From IMG/VR virus record IMGVR_UViG_3300042558_005646: a stretch of DNA of 64,000 bases; one strand, given 5' to 3'. This document shows positions 1-10,401 of this stretch, one piece after another. The notes under the pieces are model-generated. The model searched no databases. It saw only the letters and a program-made list of their open reading frames with translations, and had not been told where the DNA came from. This stretch comes from a virus. How positions within the stretch are numbered: the first letter of the stretch is position 1; each line of letters begins with the position of its first letter. The translations under genes were made by a program, and so were the position numbers.

Positions 1-1
1 T

Positions 2-931
2 GATGAAATTCAATATCCAGCTTACAATACAATCCTGAGTGTAGAAGATGATACTGATCTTTTATTGAGAAATGGAAAAACAGCTTTTAAGATAACTCCA
101 ATAGAAGATTGTTTTGTAGGTGGAGTTACTTTCAAGTTGAACTACACAGCTGGTGGACAATCTACAGGGTACGGAACAACTGGATTATCATTATCAATTT
201 ATTCAGCTACAGGTACAACTCCCACGCCAAATGGAATGATTTCAAGTGAATCAGTATTGAGAAATTCTGACATAACTCAAGGCACTAATGAATATACAGT
301 TAAATTCAATTCTGGTGTAAATTTAGATCAAGGAACATCTTATTGGTTAGTGATAGACAAACCATCAGATTTTACAACAGCCTTGGGGTCAACTAGTTTG
401 TACACAAGAGTCATATTAGGTGGTTCAGGACAAGGACTTACCTCTGTAAATAATGGAACTTCTTGGACAGGCTCAGGTGGTACAGCATACTATAAGTTTA
501 GAGGCTATTTGGATGATGGAAACATACCTGGAGAAGTTCTTAAAAGAGGAATCAAACTTACCAACAGAATTGCTTTAGAGCCAAGGCAATTATCTGTTTA
601 TGTTCCAAATGTTGAGGATTTGACAATATCAAACGTAGTTTTCAATGGCTCTACAACTGGTATTGCAACTACTGATGATCAAACAATCAAGAATGACTTA
701 ATTGTCACAGTTATAGCAAAAAATGGTGATAATGGCATTCCTACTACCTTGACAACTACAATTCCAAAAGGAACACTTAGAAATCAAAGGTTTACTTTAG
801 GAAACGATTTACAAGTCTTTGACAGAGTTATTGATGCTTATGTAACTCCAGGTGAAAACTTGACTAGAATAAATAATGGTCCAATATTATGGGATATTTA
901 TGATCTTATAACTGTTGAAACCGCACCTTAG
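2..931 (+). CDS. Virion structural protein, C-terminal part (5'-truncated by window edge), beta-rich
   Basis: Frame is open from position 2 (DEIQYPAYNT...), so the TTG at 65 is not the true start; Gly/Ser/Thr-rich with FNSGVNLDQGTSYWLVI segment typical of beta-sandwich tail/baseplate domains; upstream of tube-like genes. Confidence 0.5.
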   Translation, partial: DEIQYPAYNTILSVEDDTDLLLRNGKTAFKITPIEDCFVGGVTFKLNYTAGGQSTGYGTTGLSLSIYSATGTTPTPNGMISSESVLRNSDITQGTNEYTVKFNSGVNLDQGTSYWLVIDKPSDFTTALGSTSLYTRVILGGSGQGLTSVNNGTSWTGSGGTAYYKFRGYLDDGNIPGEVLKRGIKLTNRIALEPRQLSVYVPNVEDLTISNVVFNGSTTGIATTDDQTIKNDLIVTVIAKNGDNGIPTTLTTTIPKGTLRNQRFTLGNDLQVFDRVIDAYVTPGENLTRINNGPILWDIYDLITVETAP

Positions 932-939
932 GTTTTGAG

Positions 940-2412
940 ATGAGAAAAAGTACTCCTTCAAGTTCACTCAAACCACAAGTAAAAGCTTTTGGCGTAGATC
1001 AAACTGTTATAGTTCCTAGCATTGGAAGTTCTGAAAGTTTTCCATCGCAATACTTATATAGAGAAGCATACAACAATTTTAGATCTCAACTTTATGCTCC
1101 AGCTTTTGAAACTGGATACTATGACATTTTTGCTTTGTCTAGAGAGTATGCAGAAGATCCAGATTTCAATTTGTCATTCAATAATATAAATTCAAATTAT
1201 TTGTTTTCGATAGATAATTTCAATATTATGGGAGCTCAAGAATCTGAAGCTGGTCAAAGATATGCAGGCGAAGGAGCAAATCCAAATACCTTTCAACTTG
1301 GACCAAAAGAGTACAATGTTAGTTTTACATATCCATTTAAAGTTGATAGTTGGGGATACTTAGACTTTTCATTAGCTGCTTTTTTTGATTATTGTATACA
1401 AGCATTTCAAGGTTCTCCAACATCATTTATTGGCAGATTTACAAGTGATAATTCTTCTGTTATAGGAGCAGGAACGACATCATTATATATTGATAACATT
1501 GCAGAATTTATGGGACTAAATCTACCATTTCAAGCAAAGATAAAATCAGATAATAATTCATATTACGATCTAGTTGAAATAACTTCAATAAATAAAGCAA
1601 ACAGTCTTTTGACAATTGGTGCTGGTATTAATACATCTTTTAACAGAGACACATCATTTATTTCTGCATATCCACAATCTACGGGAAGAGATGCATCTTT
1701 TTCGTTATTTACATTGAAACAAGGATTACTGAGTGGTTGTTTGGTTGAAAAATTTGCTATCAATTTTGTTCCTGGAGAACAAATTGTAGCATACATAGAT
1801 TTGAAAGTTTTGAATGTTGACAGAACTTACCAAGTACAAATGTTTAATAATTTTACTTCTATAGTTGAAAATTATTTTAAGAAAAAACCAAGTTATATAT
1901 TGAATGGATATAATGTCAGAGTCTATAAGAGTGCTCCAGAATATGGCTTGTTTGGATTAGGCGGAGTATTAAATTCTAAATTGTTTAGAGGATTTCAACA
2001 AACTCAACTTGACAGCATTTATGTTACTGAAATGTCAATATCTATAGAAAATAATTTAAAACCTGTTTTTACTCTTAATTCAAAAGGCAGCGACAGTAAA
2101 CAAAACTTTTTCAAAAATTCTTTGCCATTTGGATATTACTCAGAGGGAAGAAAAATATCTGGATCAATTACATACACTGGTCCTATGAAACCTTGGGCTA
2201 TGGTCGAATTTTTATCAGGTCCAAGTAGCATAAATAATGATGGTATAACTTTTGATATGGGACCAATTAAATTAGAGTTGCCAGAAGTTGTTTGGTCCAC
2301 AGAATCACAACAACACTCTAGAGTAGAGTATCAAAAAAATAAAGTTAATTTTACTGTGGCAACTCAAAATTACACATTTGATCCTATCTTAAAATCAACA
2401 GGAAGTTATTAA
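940..2412 (+). CDS. Tail tube-like protein 1
   Basis: Tube-like beta-strand signatures VEKFAINFVPGEQIVAYIDL, VTEMSISIENNL and GRKISGSITY; followed by a small chaperone-like ORF. Confidence 0.5.
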   Translation: MRKSTPSSSLKPQVKAFGVDQTVIVPSIGSSESFPSQYLYREAYNNFRSQLYAPAFETGYYDIFALSREYAEDPDFNLSFNNINSNYLFSIDNFNIMGAQESEAGQRYAGEGANPNTFQLGPKEYNVSFTYPFKVDSWGYLDFSLAAFFDYCIQAFQGSPTSFIGRFTSDNSSVIGAGTTSLYIDNIAEFMGLNLPFQAKIKSDNNSYYDLVEITSINKANSLLTIGAGINTSFNRDTSFISAYPQSTGRDASFSLFTLKQGLLSGCLVEKFAINFVPGEQIVAYIDLKVLNVDRTYQVQMFNNFTSIVENYFKKKPSYILNGYNVRVYKSAPEYGLFGLGGVLNSKLFRGFQQTQLDSIYVTEMSISIENNLKPVFTLNSKGSDSKQNFFKNSLPFGYYSEGRKISGSITYTGPMKPWAMVEFLSGPSSINNDGITFDMGPIKLELPEVVWSTESQQHSRVEYQKNKVNFTVATQNYTFDPILKSTGSY

Positions 2413-2798
2413 TGAGTATTTTTGTAGATGCTGGTAAAAGATTTAATCTTGTATTAAATTGCAATGTCATCAGAGATGACAATAATGAGGTTGTATGTTA
2501 CAAAATAGATCCTAATGGAAAATGTGAAATTTCTTGTGATGTAAAAGGAAGAAATTTTGCAGATATGTCAAATATTATAGAAGAAGCTACGATTATAAAT
2601 TCAGTCACAGGTAATCCTCTTCTAAGAACTTCTGTCTTGTGCAAAAGTATTATAAGTAATTTTTTCTCAGTCATCAGAATCAAAGATGGTGATAATGAAG
2701 AAACCTTTTATCCAGACCCACATAATGTTAGTATGATGAGATACGAATTAGTGAAATCATTATCAAAAAAATGGTTGGAGTTGACAGGCGGAAAATAA
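2412..2798 (+). CDS. Putative tail assembly chaperone
   Basis: 128 aa, TAATG-coupled directly after tube-like gene; position and size only. Confidence 0.4.
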   Translation: MSIFVDAGKRFNLVLNCNVIRDDNNEVVCYKIDPNGKCEISCDVKGRNFADMSNIIEEATIINSVTGNPLLRTSVLCKSIISNFFSVIRIKDGDNEETFYPDPHNVSMMRYELVKSLSKKWLELTGGK

Positions 2799-4028
2799 AT
2801 GCCAGATATTGTAAACAATGTCATCAATGGAATTTATCCAGCTTCAGGGCATAACATTTATGTTGTTGAACTGGCACCTTTCAGATTGGCACAGCCTTAT
2901 TTTCAACAGTTTAAATACTTTGGTGGATATAGAGTTGCAAAAAATATTACAGGTTCTAGATCTTATGTTTGGGATCTTTATCTATTGAGCCTATATGCTA
3001 AAAATGATAGTTTTGGCATATACGTAACTAAGAAATTTTCATCAGATTACAAACCTTTGTATTGTTCAAATTTTACTGATAATGCTGGACAAAATATTTA
3101 CCAACCAGTAAGAAATTTTTCTGGATTATCTGTTTTAAATCATCCTACTTTTGGAAATTATCAATATTCTGGCAATTTTTCTTTTAACCCAATTTTATCA
3201 ACAAATGTCAACCAGCAGTATCCAGCAGAAATAATACTTTACAGAGCTTCTTTTATACCTTTATATCCATTATTATTTTGTTCTTCTATACCTACTCACA
3301 GATCTTTTGGCCCAGCATTTGTAAATTCATTCACAATTAGTGTTGATGGTATGGAAAATTTGGGAGATGTAGAAATTAGTTGTTCAGTTTCAGGAGGCAG
3401 ATCTCTAATATCACCAACTGGAGTTTCGACTACACGACCTCAATTATTACAAAACTATATAAAAATGAAAACATTGAATACATCAGATAATCAAAATATT
3501 ACTGTAGAATCAAATAATTTTCTAAATAAATATAGGGCTATAAATTTATCAGATTGTGCCTTTTATCAAGGTTTATATTTAAAGTTCGATGATTTTGCCA
3601 AAGCTGTGCAAAATTCGTATAGTTCACAGAAAATGCCAATTTATAAAATTGTAAGCATGTCTCTATCAATAGATCAAAATATAGATTTCTCTTTTACTTA
3701 TCCTGGATATTCTTTTGATAACAGTCTTACAGAATTTACAGATGTTGTTGGACCAAGATTTGCATCTCTTGGCAGTAGAACAGTCAAGGGATCAATAAAA
3801 TTATTTAGCCCACAAAATTATAGTTTTATCACGACTAATGCTTCATCTTTAACTCTTTATTTTGGAAGTGTTTTTTACTACACAATGAAAAATGTTGACT
3901 GGCAACAACCTGTTATAACGATAAGTCCTGGTGGTGGATATTTTATTGAGTATAACTTTAGTGTTAGGCTTACAGAAATTACTTCGTTCAATGGTTTAGG
4001 GAACACTAGAGTTTCAGAGTTTTTATAA
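2799..4028 (+). CDS. Tail tube-like protein 2 (paralog of 940..2412)
   Basis: Shares VNSFTISVDG, IVSMSLSIDQNI and SRTVKGSIKL motifs with tube-like protein 1. Confidence 0.45.
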   Translation: MPDIVNNVINGIYPASGHNIYVVELAPFRLAQPYFQQFKYFGGYRVAKNITGSRSYVWDLYLLSLYAKNDSFGIYVTKKFSSDYKPLYCSNFTDNAGQNIYQPVRNFSGLSVLNHPTFGNYQYSGNFSFNPILSTNVNQQYPAEIILYRASFIPLYPLLFCSSIPTHRSFGPAFVNSFTISVDGMENLGDVEISCSVSGGRSLISPTGVSTTRPQLLQNYIKMKTLNTSDNQNITVESNNFLNKYRAINLSDCAFYQGLYLKFDDFAKAVQNSYSSQKMPIYKIVSMSLSIDQNIDFSFTYPGYSFDNSLTEFTDVVGPRFASLGSRTVKGSIKLFSPQNYSFITTNASSLTLYFGSVFYYTMKNVDWQQPVITISPGGGYFIEYNFSVRLTEITSFNGLGNTRVSEFL

Positions 4029-4621
4029 TGAAAGAATTTATTGAATATTACGAAAAAATTAAATCAGATAAAGTACATATTATAAATATTGATTCAGTAA
4101 AATTTATTGTAAGAGAAATAACCTGGAAAGAAGGCTTGCTGATAGACGCAAAATCTTTTAGAAAAAAAGACAATATAGTTTATCAAAATTCAGAATTCGA
4201 AAAAAGAGAAATCTTAAGTCTCGCTATTCTACGTGCTTATGATTCTAGTACAAACATAGAATATATCCCAGAATTTGAAACATCTTTGATTCATACAATG
4301 AACCACACAGTAATTGAAAAATTATGGGTGGAATATCAAAACTATCTTTACTTAAATGCAGATGAAGCTAATTTTTATTACATAGCTGCAAAAAAATATT
4401 ACAATCCAAATGATACAGAAACTTATCCTCTTCCCCCTCTAATCGTAGAAATTGATTATATGACAAGAGGATTAGTTTCCATGAGTAAAGATGAATTTGC
4501 AAACTTAAGCATGAAAGAATTTGAAACTATTCAACTTGTTCTGGCTACCAAAAATGAAGTCAAGCCAGAATCAGCTGCTAATTTGGATATAGACTTAGAG
4601 AGAGAATCTCAACGTGTTTGA
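4028..4621 (+). CDS. Putative tail assembly chaperone
   Basis: FIVREITWKEGLLID N-terminus typical of tail chaperones; TAATG-coupled after second tube-like gene. Confidence 0.45.
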   Translation: MKEFIEYYEKIKSDKVHIINIDSVKFIVREITWKEGLLIDAKSFRKKDNIVYQNSEFEKREILSLAILRAYDSSTNIEYIPEFETSLIHTMNHTVIEKLWVEYQNYLYLNADEANFYYIAAKKYYNPNDTETYPLPPLIVEIDYMTRGLVSMSKDEFANLSMKEFETIQLVLATKNEVKPESAANLDIDLERESQRV

Positions 4622-5395
4622 TTCTTTAGCAAGAAAATGATTTGCTAATTCTGTTCTATCCCATTGATGAAATATGCAGTAAGGAACACCATCTTTATTG
4701 GTGACTTGCTTACCATCAAAGAAAACTTCTACATTATCACGCTTTATAGCTTCTCCAGTACATGCAAAAGTATCATTGTAAGGATGACATAACATATTCT
4801 TAGGATTATTCTTGAGATATTGGCTTAAGTATCCCAAAAATTGTTGATCCATAACCAAGAATTGTGATTTTCTATTTGTATTTGAAAACATCATCAAACA
4901 GTGATTGATCATATGTTCAATTTTGCCTCCAAATATTCCCCCATTAATCACCCATTCATCTTCATAAGAATCATTGTGAGACCTGAGCATTGTTCTCAAA
5001 GATTGTTCCCACCATAAATTACAGTCATTTTCTTTTATCTTCATGCCTTCCAATGAATAAAACATATTTATATCAGGATGAGATTCAAAAAATTGAAAAG
5101 GATCTGTTTGTATAACTACATCTCTCAAGTCAGAATGCATAACGTATTTATATTCATCAACATGTTCTGAAAGCCAATTATACAAAGCTAAATAACTTGT
5201 ATATAAATTCTCATTATTAGGAATGATGATATCGAAGTATCTTTCTAGCTTCTTAATGTTCTGAGGACTGACATTACTTACAAATACTGCCTTTTCAAAT
5301 GTTTTAAATTTTGAAAGTGAGTTCAAGAAAATATCACCTTCTAAAGAATCAATGCATTTATCTCCGACAGAAAAGTTGACCAGTAAATTTTTCAA
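4595..5395 (-). CDS. Putative GT-A glycosyltransferase
   Basis: YVMHSDLRDVVIQTDPF DxxD-type motif, INGGIFGG, DQQ and C-terminal HQWDR; TTG start overlaps upstream TGA (TTGA). Confidence 0.6.
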   Translation of the reverse strand: MKNLLVNFSVGDKCIDSLEGDIFLNSLSKFKTFEKAVFVSNVSPQNIKKLERYFDIIIPNNENLYTSYLALYNWLSEHVDEYKYVMHSDLRDVVIQTDPFQFFESHPDINMFYSLEGMKIKENDCNLWWEQSLRTMLRSHNDSYEDEWVINGGIFGGKIEHMINHCLMMFSNTNRKSQFLVMDQQFLGYLSQYLKNNPKNMLCHPYNDTFACTGEAIKRDNVEVFFDGKQVTNKDGVPYCIFHQWDRTELANHFLAKESNTLRFSL

Positions 5396-6219
5396 TTTAA
5401 TTCATCCCTTAATTTATTATATGTATTTTTTATACCCAAATGTAATCCAAGCAAATCTATATCAAATAAATGCAAATTATAATCACCGTAATAATTTAAT
5501 CCAAAAGAGCTGCTATTGACAACAATATCAACTTTATGGTCGGACAATTCATTTATAATTTCCGCAATTGTACTAAGCTTGTATTTTTCTTGGTAAGAAC
5601 AGTTAATAATTTTTTGTGAAGTATTTGATTCAATAACAAATTTTATAACTTCACATAAATCATCCATATAGAAAAAATCCATCCATTTATCTTGATGAAT
5701 TACAATTGGTTTTTTATTTATGTAATTAACAATACTTGCTTTTATCATTCTAGAAGAAAGTTCATCTTCATTGAAAACATTAAATATTCTTATATTATGA
5801 AAATTTGGATACAATATTCCAGACTTGGCAATAAAGTTTTTACTCATCCCATAAGGATCAATTGGAAAAGCACTTTTCAATTCAACAGAAGGATCAATTC
5901 CGTATCTTCTGTCTAATTCTGCTCCTGATCCAAATGAAATATATTTATCAAATGAGCAAGCATTATCTAATATATTTTGATGCATTATGCAGTTTTCATA
6001 AAAAACATCTGAAGTATCTTCTTTGAGTCTACTTCCACCAGAAGTAGCTGTGTGAATTACAGCATCAAAAAATCTATGTTCAAAAAATTTTTTTACAGAT
6101 TTGGCATCTATTAAATTCAAGTTGGATCTATTTGCTAAGGTTAAATCATAGTCAGAAAATTGCTTGGCTATATTTCGGGCAATGTATCCATTACTACCAG
6201 TAATTAATAACTTTTTCAT
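5392..6219 (-). CDS. NAD-dependent epimerase/dehydratase/reductase (extended SDR)
   Basis: ITGSNGYIA Rossmann motif, YGMSK catalytic motif; start reassigned to ATG 6219, 1 nt after the upstream TAA. Confidence 0.85.
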   Translation of the reverse strand: MKKLLITGSNGYIARNIAKQFSDYDLTLANRSNLNLIDAKSVKKFFEHRFFDAVIHTATSGGSRLKEDTSDVFYENCIMHQNILDNACSFDKYISFGSGAELDRRYGIDPSVELKSAFPIDPYGMSKNFIAKSGILYPNFHNIRIFNVFNEDELSSRMIKASIVNYINKKPIVIHQDKWMDFFYMDDLCEVIKFVIESNTSQKIINCSYQEKYKLSTIAEIINELSDHKVDIVVNSSSFGLNYYGDYNLHLFDIDLLGLHLGIKNTYNKLRDELN

Positions 6220-6220
6220 A

Positions 6221-7951
6221 TTAGCTCCACTGAGCTTCAGATAGTCTGCCTGGAATAAATCTTCCATTTTCATCCATCTTTGCTACAACTCTAGGTTCAA
6301 AAATTTCATTTGGATCTGTGAAAACTTCGCAAAGACAAGGCCCATCATATTCAAAGAACTCAGTCAATCGACTTTCAATTTCACTATTATTTTTAATAGC
6401 AAAATAAGGTATTCCATATGCATCAGATATTTTTTGAAAATTTGGAAAAGAAACTCCACTTGATTTTTCTGAAGCTACATAATGACCTTTGAAAAATGAT
6501 TTTTGTGTTACTTTGATCGACAAATAACCTTCATTATTTAGCAGTAAAATTTTAATCGGCAAATTGTTGTGCATCATTGTTTGAAGTTCATGAATATTAA
6601 GATGTAAACTTCCATCACCTTCAATACATAATGTTTTTTGCCCAGTAGAAGCAACTCCGATAGCACAAGGAAGGCCATAACCCATAGGGGCACAACCAGT
6701 ATTTGTAATAAGTCTCTGGTTGTCTTTTAGCTTCACTACCTGCATAGTGACAACATTGGCAGATCCATCGCTTGTTACTATGTCGTAAGTAGGGGGAGTT
6801 ATTTCTGATAATTTTTCAATCAAAAAGTAATTACTTACATAATCAGTTTTTTCACGATGTTTGGCTAATACTTTTGGAGACCTCAGAGCTTCACATTCTG
6901 ATATCCAATCTGCTGAAGCTTTATTGATGAAAACTTTATTCAAATTATTTATGAATTTTTTTGCATCTTCGCAAACTTTCATATCAAGTCTAAGTGTAGG
7001 TTTTTCTAATTCGTTTGAGTCAATATCTACTGCAATTTTGTATGCGTTTTTGCCAAAATCATCAAAATTGTAACCTATTTGACGTACATAAAGTCTTGAA
7101 CCAATAGAAATTATAAAATCAGCTTCATTAATAAGCTTATTAGCGCATATCTGAGCATGAGTACCAAATCTCCCATAATAGTAGGGGTAAGATTCATTGA
7201 CAATATCGTTCCCATTAACTGCAGTAATGACAGGTATATTGGTCTTATCTAGAAGCTCAAATAAATTTTCAACAGCTCCTGAAATTCTTACACCATTCCC
7301 AACAATTAGTAATGGTTTCTTTGCTTTATTCCAAGAGTTCACTATAGAAATATAATCTACTGTAGATTGCGTCATCTCAATAATACTTGGCACAAAAGGT
7401 TTCAATTTTGATGGTTCAATTTGAGCAGACTGTACATCTAGGGGAATATCAACCCACACAGGTCCAGGTCTTTTATTAAGTGCAAAATAACACGCTTTTT
7501 CTAGATAATAGCGAATTTCTTCTGGATTGTTTACTTGAACAGCAAATTTTGTCATTGTCTTTGCAGTTTTTACAATATCAAATTCTTGATCACCTAATTG
7601 CCTAAGACTCAATTTAGTGTAATTTGTAGTCATTGGAGTGTTTACTTGTCCACTAATGACTATCACAGGAACTGAATCCAAATAACTGCATAGAGTTCCT
7701 GTGAGGGCATTTGTACCACCAGGACCAGAAGTTACTAAGCAAGCCCCTAGTTTATTCTTCTTTCTAGCGTAACCCTCTGCAGCAATTGATGCTCCTTGTT
7801 CATGATGAGTTGCTATGTAATTTACGTCTTCAGATTTTCCAAGTGAATCAACTAAATGTATACAACCACCTCCTGAAAGTGTAAAGATTGTATCTACATC
7901 ATAGTTATCGTGAAGAAATTTAATTACATAATCTGATAGTTTCATAAACAT
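6221..7951 (-). CDS. TPP-dependent acetolactate-synthase-fold enzyme (YerE-like sugar C2-branching candidate)
   Basis: HHEQGASIAAEGYAR, VTSGPGGTN, GQV, MGYGLP, GDGSLHLNIHELQT...NNEGY TPP motif; sits in a nucleotide-sugar cluster. Confidence 0.85.
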   Translation of the reverse strand: MFMKLSDYVIKFLHDNYDVDTIFTLSGGGCIHLVDSLGKSEDVNYIATHHEQGASIAAEGYARKKNKLGACLVTSGPGGTNALTGTLCSYLDSVPVIVISGQVNTPMTTNYTKLSLRQLGDQEFDIVKTAKTMTKFAVQVNNPEEIRYYLEKACYFALNKRPGPVWVDIPLDVQSAQIEPSKLKPFVPSIIEMTQSTVDYISIVNSWNKAKKPLLIVGNGVRISGAVENLFELLDKTNIPVITAVNGNDIVNESYPYYYGRFGTHAQICANKLINEADFIISIGSRLYVRQIGYNFDDFGKNAYKIAVDIDSNELEKPTLRLDMKVCEDAKKFINNLNKVFINKASADWISECEALRSPKVLAKHREKTDYVSNYFLIEKLSEITPPTYDIVTSDGSANVVTMQVVKLKDNQRLITNTGCAPMGYGLPCAIGVASTGQKTLCIEGDGSLHLNIHELQTMMHNNLPIKILLLNNEGYLSIKVTQKSFFKGHYVASEKSSGVSFPNFQKISDAYGIPYFAIKNNSEIESRLTEFFEYDGPCLCEVFTDPNEIFEPRVVAKMDENGRFIPGRLSEAQWS

Positions 7952-8966
7952 TTTCCAGTGCTGTTTTTATTATAGAATAATCTTCAATTTTTTGAATTAC
8001 TGGTTGATTATCTTTGATTAGCACCATGTTAACACAGCCAGTATTTTTCTTATCTGACTTGACACATTCCATAAGGCTCTCATAATCAAACCATTCTTGA
8101 TTAACAGATACTGTATTTTCTAGAAGTTTTTTGACAATATTTAATGTTGCAGAATAATCTTTGTAATTATAGTTATAAGATAGTTCACTTAACCTCAAGG
8201 CTACAAGACATCCAATTGCCACTGCATATCCATGCGATAACTTGTACTTTGAGGTAATTTCTAAAGCATGACCAAATGTATGACCAAAGTTCAGGAATTT
8301 ACGCTCTTTTTTATCAAATTCATCAATCTCTAAAACTGAAATTTTATAATTAAGACTTTTATGAATGTGATACAAAACATTTTTATTTTCAGTAATCAAA
8401 TCAATGACATTTGATTCTTGAATTTTATTTCTCAAGATATCAAACTTCAACAATTCGCCTAAACCACTACAAAAGTTTTCTTTACTTAAACCATCAAGCC
8501 ATTCTTCACAAATAAGAATTTCACAAGGAGGATAAAATGTACCAAGAATATTTTTTCTTGACCCATAATTGATAGAAGTTTTACCGCCAACACAGCTATC
8601 GATTTGAGAAAGCAATGTTGTTGGAACTAAATAATATTCAATACCTCTACAATAAACAGAAGCACAAAAACCCACTGCATCTTGTAAAACTCCACCACCA
8701 ATAACTACAAGTTTAGTTTGCGTATTGACTTTTTTTGCAGCAAATTTATCAAATATTTTTTCTAAACCACGCCATGATTTTAAGTCTTCATTTGTGTCTA
8801 TAACTATGAGATCACCTAATCCAAATTCAGGAAAACAGTGAGCAACATTTTTGTCAACTACTGCAAGATGATAATCTTCACCAATGAGTTTATATATTTC
8901 GCTCAAGCTTACAAAATTTACAGAATAATCTTTGATTTTTGATTTGACATCTATTTGGCTGTACAT
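7920..8966 (-). CDS. 3-dehydroquinate synthase-family sugar-phosphate cyclase
   Basis: GGGVLQD, RG...PTTLLSQIDSCVGGKTSIN, KNILGTFYPP, NFGHTFGHALE, HGYAVAIG. Confidence 0.9.
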   Translation of the reverse strand: MYSQIDVKSKIKDYSVNFVSLSEIYKLIGEDYHLAVVDKNVAHCFPEFGLGDLIVIDTNEDLKSWRGLEKIFDKFAAKKVNTQTKLVVIGGGVLQDAVGFCASVYCRGIEYYLVPTTLLSQIDSCVGGKTSINYGSRKNILGTFYPPCEILICEEWLDGLSKENFCSGLGELLKFDILRNKIQESNVIDLITENKNVLYHIHKSLNYKISVLEIDEFDKKERKFLNFGHTFGHALEITSKYKLSHGYAVAIGCLVALRLSELSYNYNYKDYSATLNIVKKLLENTVSVNQEWFDYESLMECVKSDKKNTGCVNMVLIKDNQPVIQKIEDYSIIKTALENVYETIRLCN

Positions 8967-9589
8967 GAATAACCACCATCTATAACTATATTTTGACCAG
9001 ATATATATGAATTGTTTACACTCAAGTAATATACTAAATCTGCAACTTCATTTGTATATCCCAATCTACCAACTGGAATTTTGCTTCTTAAATCTTTCAA
9101 ATCTTCTTCTGTGTTATTTTGAAAAGTCATATCCGTGATAAAAAATCCAGGAGACACAGTGTTTGCCAAAATATTATAAGTGCCATATTCAGCAGTTATA
9201 GCTTTTGTAAGAGAGTGTAAGGCATTTTTGCTAGCACTATATGAGGATCTTCCAGGTTTTGCATAATCTACCCATACACTTCCAATATTTACAACCCTGC
9301 CATAATTTTGTTTCTTCATATGAGGTAAGCAAAGTTTAAATAATCTTAAAGGTGAGAAATAATTTACTGTCATCATTTCTTCATAATTCTCACCTTCAAA
9401 TATAGAATCTATTATGTTAATACCAGCGTTATTTATTAAAATATCAATTTTGTCTGGAATAAAAGAAAAGGGTTGAGATAAATCAAGTTCTTCACGAGTT
9501 GGAGCAATAACTTCATGACCATATTTTTTGAAAATTTCACAAATATCACTGCCTATGCCTCTTGACCCACCAGTGATAAGTATTCTCAT
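8951..9589 (-). CDS. Classical SDR oxidoreductase (FabG-like)
   Basis: ITGGSRGIG, NNAG, YSASK, VSPG, VDGG-like C-terminus. Confidence 0.9.
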   Translation of the reverse strand: MRILITGGSRGIGSDICEIFKKYGHEVIAPTREELDLSQPFSFIPDKIDILINNAGINIIDSIFEGENYEEMMTVNYFSPLRLFKLCLPHMKKQNYGRVVNIGSVWVDYAKPGRSSYSASKNALHSLTKAITAEYGTYNILANTVSPGFFITDMTFQNNTEEDLKDLRSKIPVGRLGYTNEVADLVYYLSVNNSYISGQNIVIDGGYSCTAK

Positions 9590-10386
9590 AATTCAGAAGC
9601 TGATTTATTTATACGAGCTTGAATCATTTTAACTCTTGATTCATCTTGATTGGCTTGAGATTGATAATATTCCATCTTGTTTGTAAGCCATTCGTATTCA
9701 AACATTTGAGCCTTGAATAGTGCTCTGGATAAATTCTTTAGTGTAATTGAAGGATCAAATATTGCATATCTTGTTTCAAACTTATCAAGAAGTTTTTCAG
9801 AGTGTAATTTCTTTAAAAAGTCTAATGAATCAATTGAAACAGCACCACCAATACAAGCTTTAGCACCAAGCTTTTTAGTTCTTTCAAAAACATCATGAGC
9901 CATATTGTAAACTTCTTCAGAATTTACGTGACTTCTATCTGCTCCCATTGAAGAAACTAAATCTACTCTTCCGACAGTAACTCCATACAAAGCAGATGCG
10001 TTTTGGTTTGAAAGAATTTTGTCAATAGCTAAAACTGCAGAAATAGTCTCAATATTCACATTAAGCTGCAACGAACTTACAACTTCGGAAGGTAAATTAT
10101 TATTAACAGCTTGAACAAATTTAGTTAAACCAAATTCAGACTCAACCATCGGGGCTACCAAACCCTTTACTCCAATGATCATAGAGTCTTTGATATCTCT
10201 TATAGCTTCTGGTCCACCTATCTTTAAGGTTACTTTTGTTTTTGCTTGATTACAAATTTCTTTAAGTCTAAGAACTTCATTAAATGCAGCTCCTTCGTCT
10301 TCAAAACTTGTCTTAACGCCAACCAATCCGTAGTTTTCTACTAGATCTGTCAGAATTCTAACACACTCAAATTCTCTATTATTCAT
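9586..10386 (-). CDS. HpcH/HpaI aldolase / citrate-lyase-beta family
   Basis: VAPMVES, NIETISAV, VGRVDL motifs; polysaccharide-cluster variant with VKTSFEDEG and KIGGPEA. Confidence 0.75.
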   Translation of the reverse strand: MNNREFECVRILTDLVENYGLVGVKTSFEDEGAAFNEVLRLKEICNQAKTKVTLKIGGPEAIRDIKDSMIIGVKGLVAPMVESEFGLTKFVQAVNNNLPSEVVSSLQLNVNIETISAVLAIDKILSNQNASALYGVTVGRVDLVSSMGADRSHVNSEEVYNMAHDVFERTKKLGAKACIGGAVSIDSLDFLKKLHSEKLLDKFETRYAIFDPSITLKNLSRALFKAQMFEYEWLTNKMEYYQSQANQDESRVKMIQARINKSASEL

Positions 10387-10392
10387 AAATAT

Positions 10393-10401
10393 ATTTTACC
10401 A
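10393..10401 (-). promoter_or_regulatory. Extended -10 (TGGTAAAAT) 6 nt before aldolase ATG
   Basis: Same spacing as other leaderless sites, but overlaps the rmlB TGG-TAA end so may be coincidental. Confidence 0.4.

Noticed and set aside
4160-4396. -1 frameshift heptamers (A AAA AAA) in the tail chaperone-like gene
   Set aside because: Two such runs occur in this gene alone and A7 runs are common here; no G/GT-style downstream overlapping ORF is present
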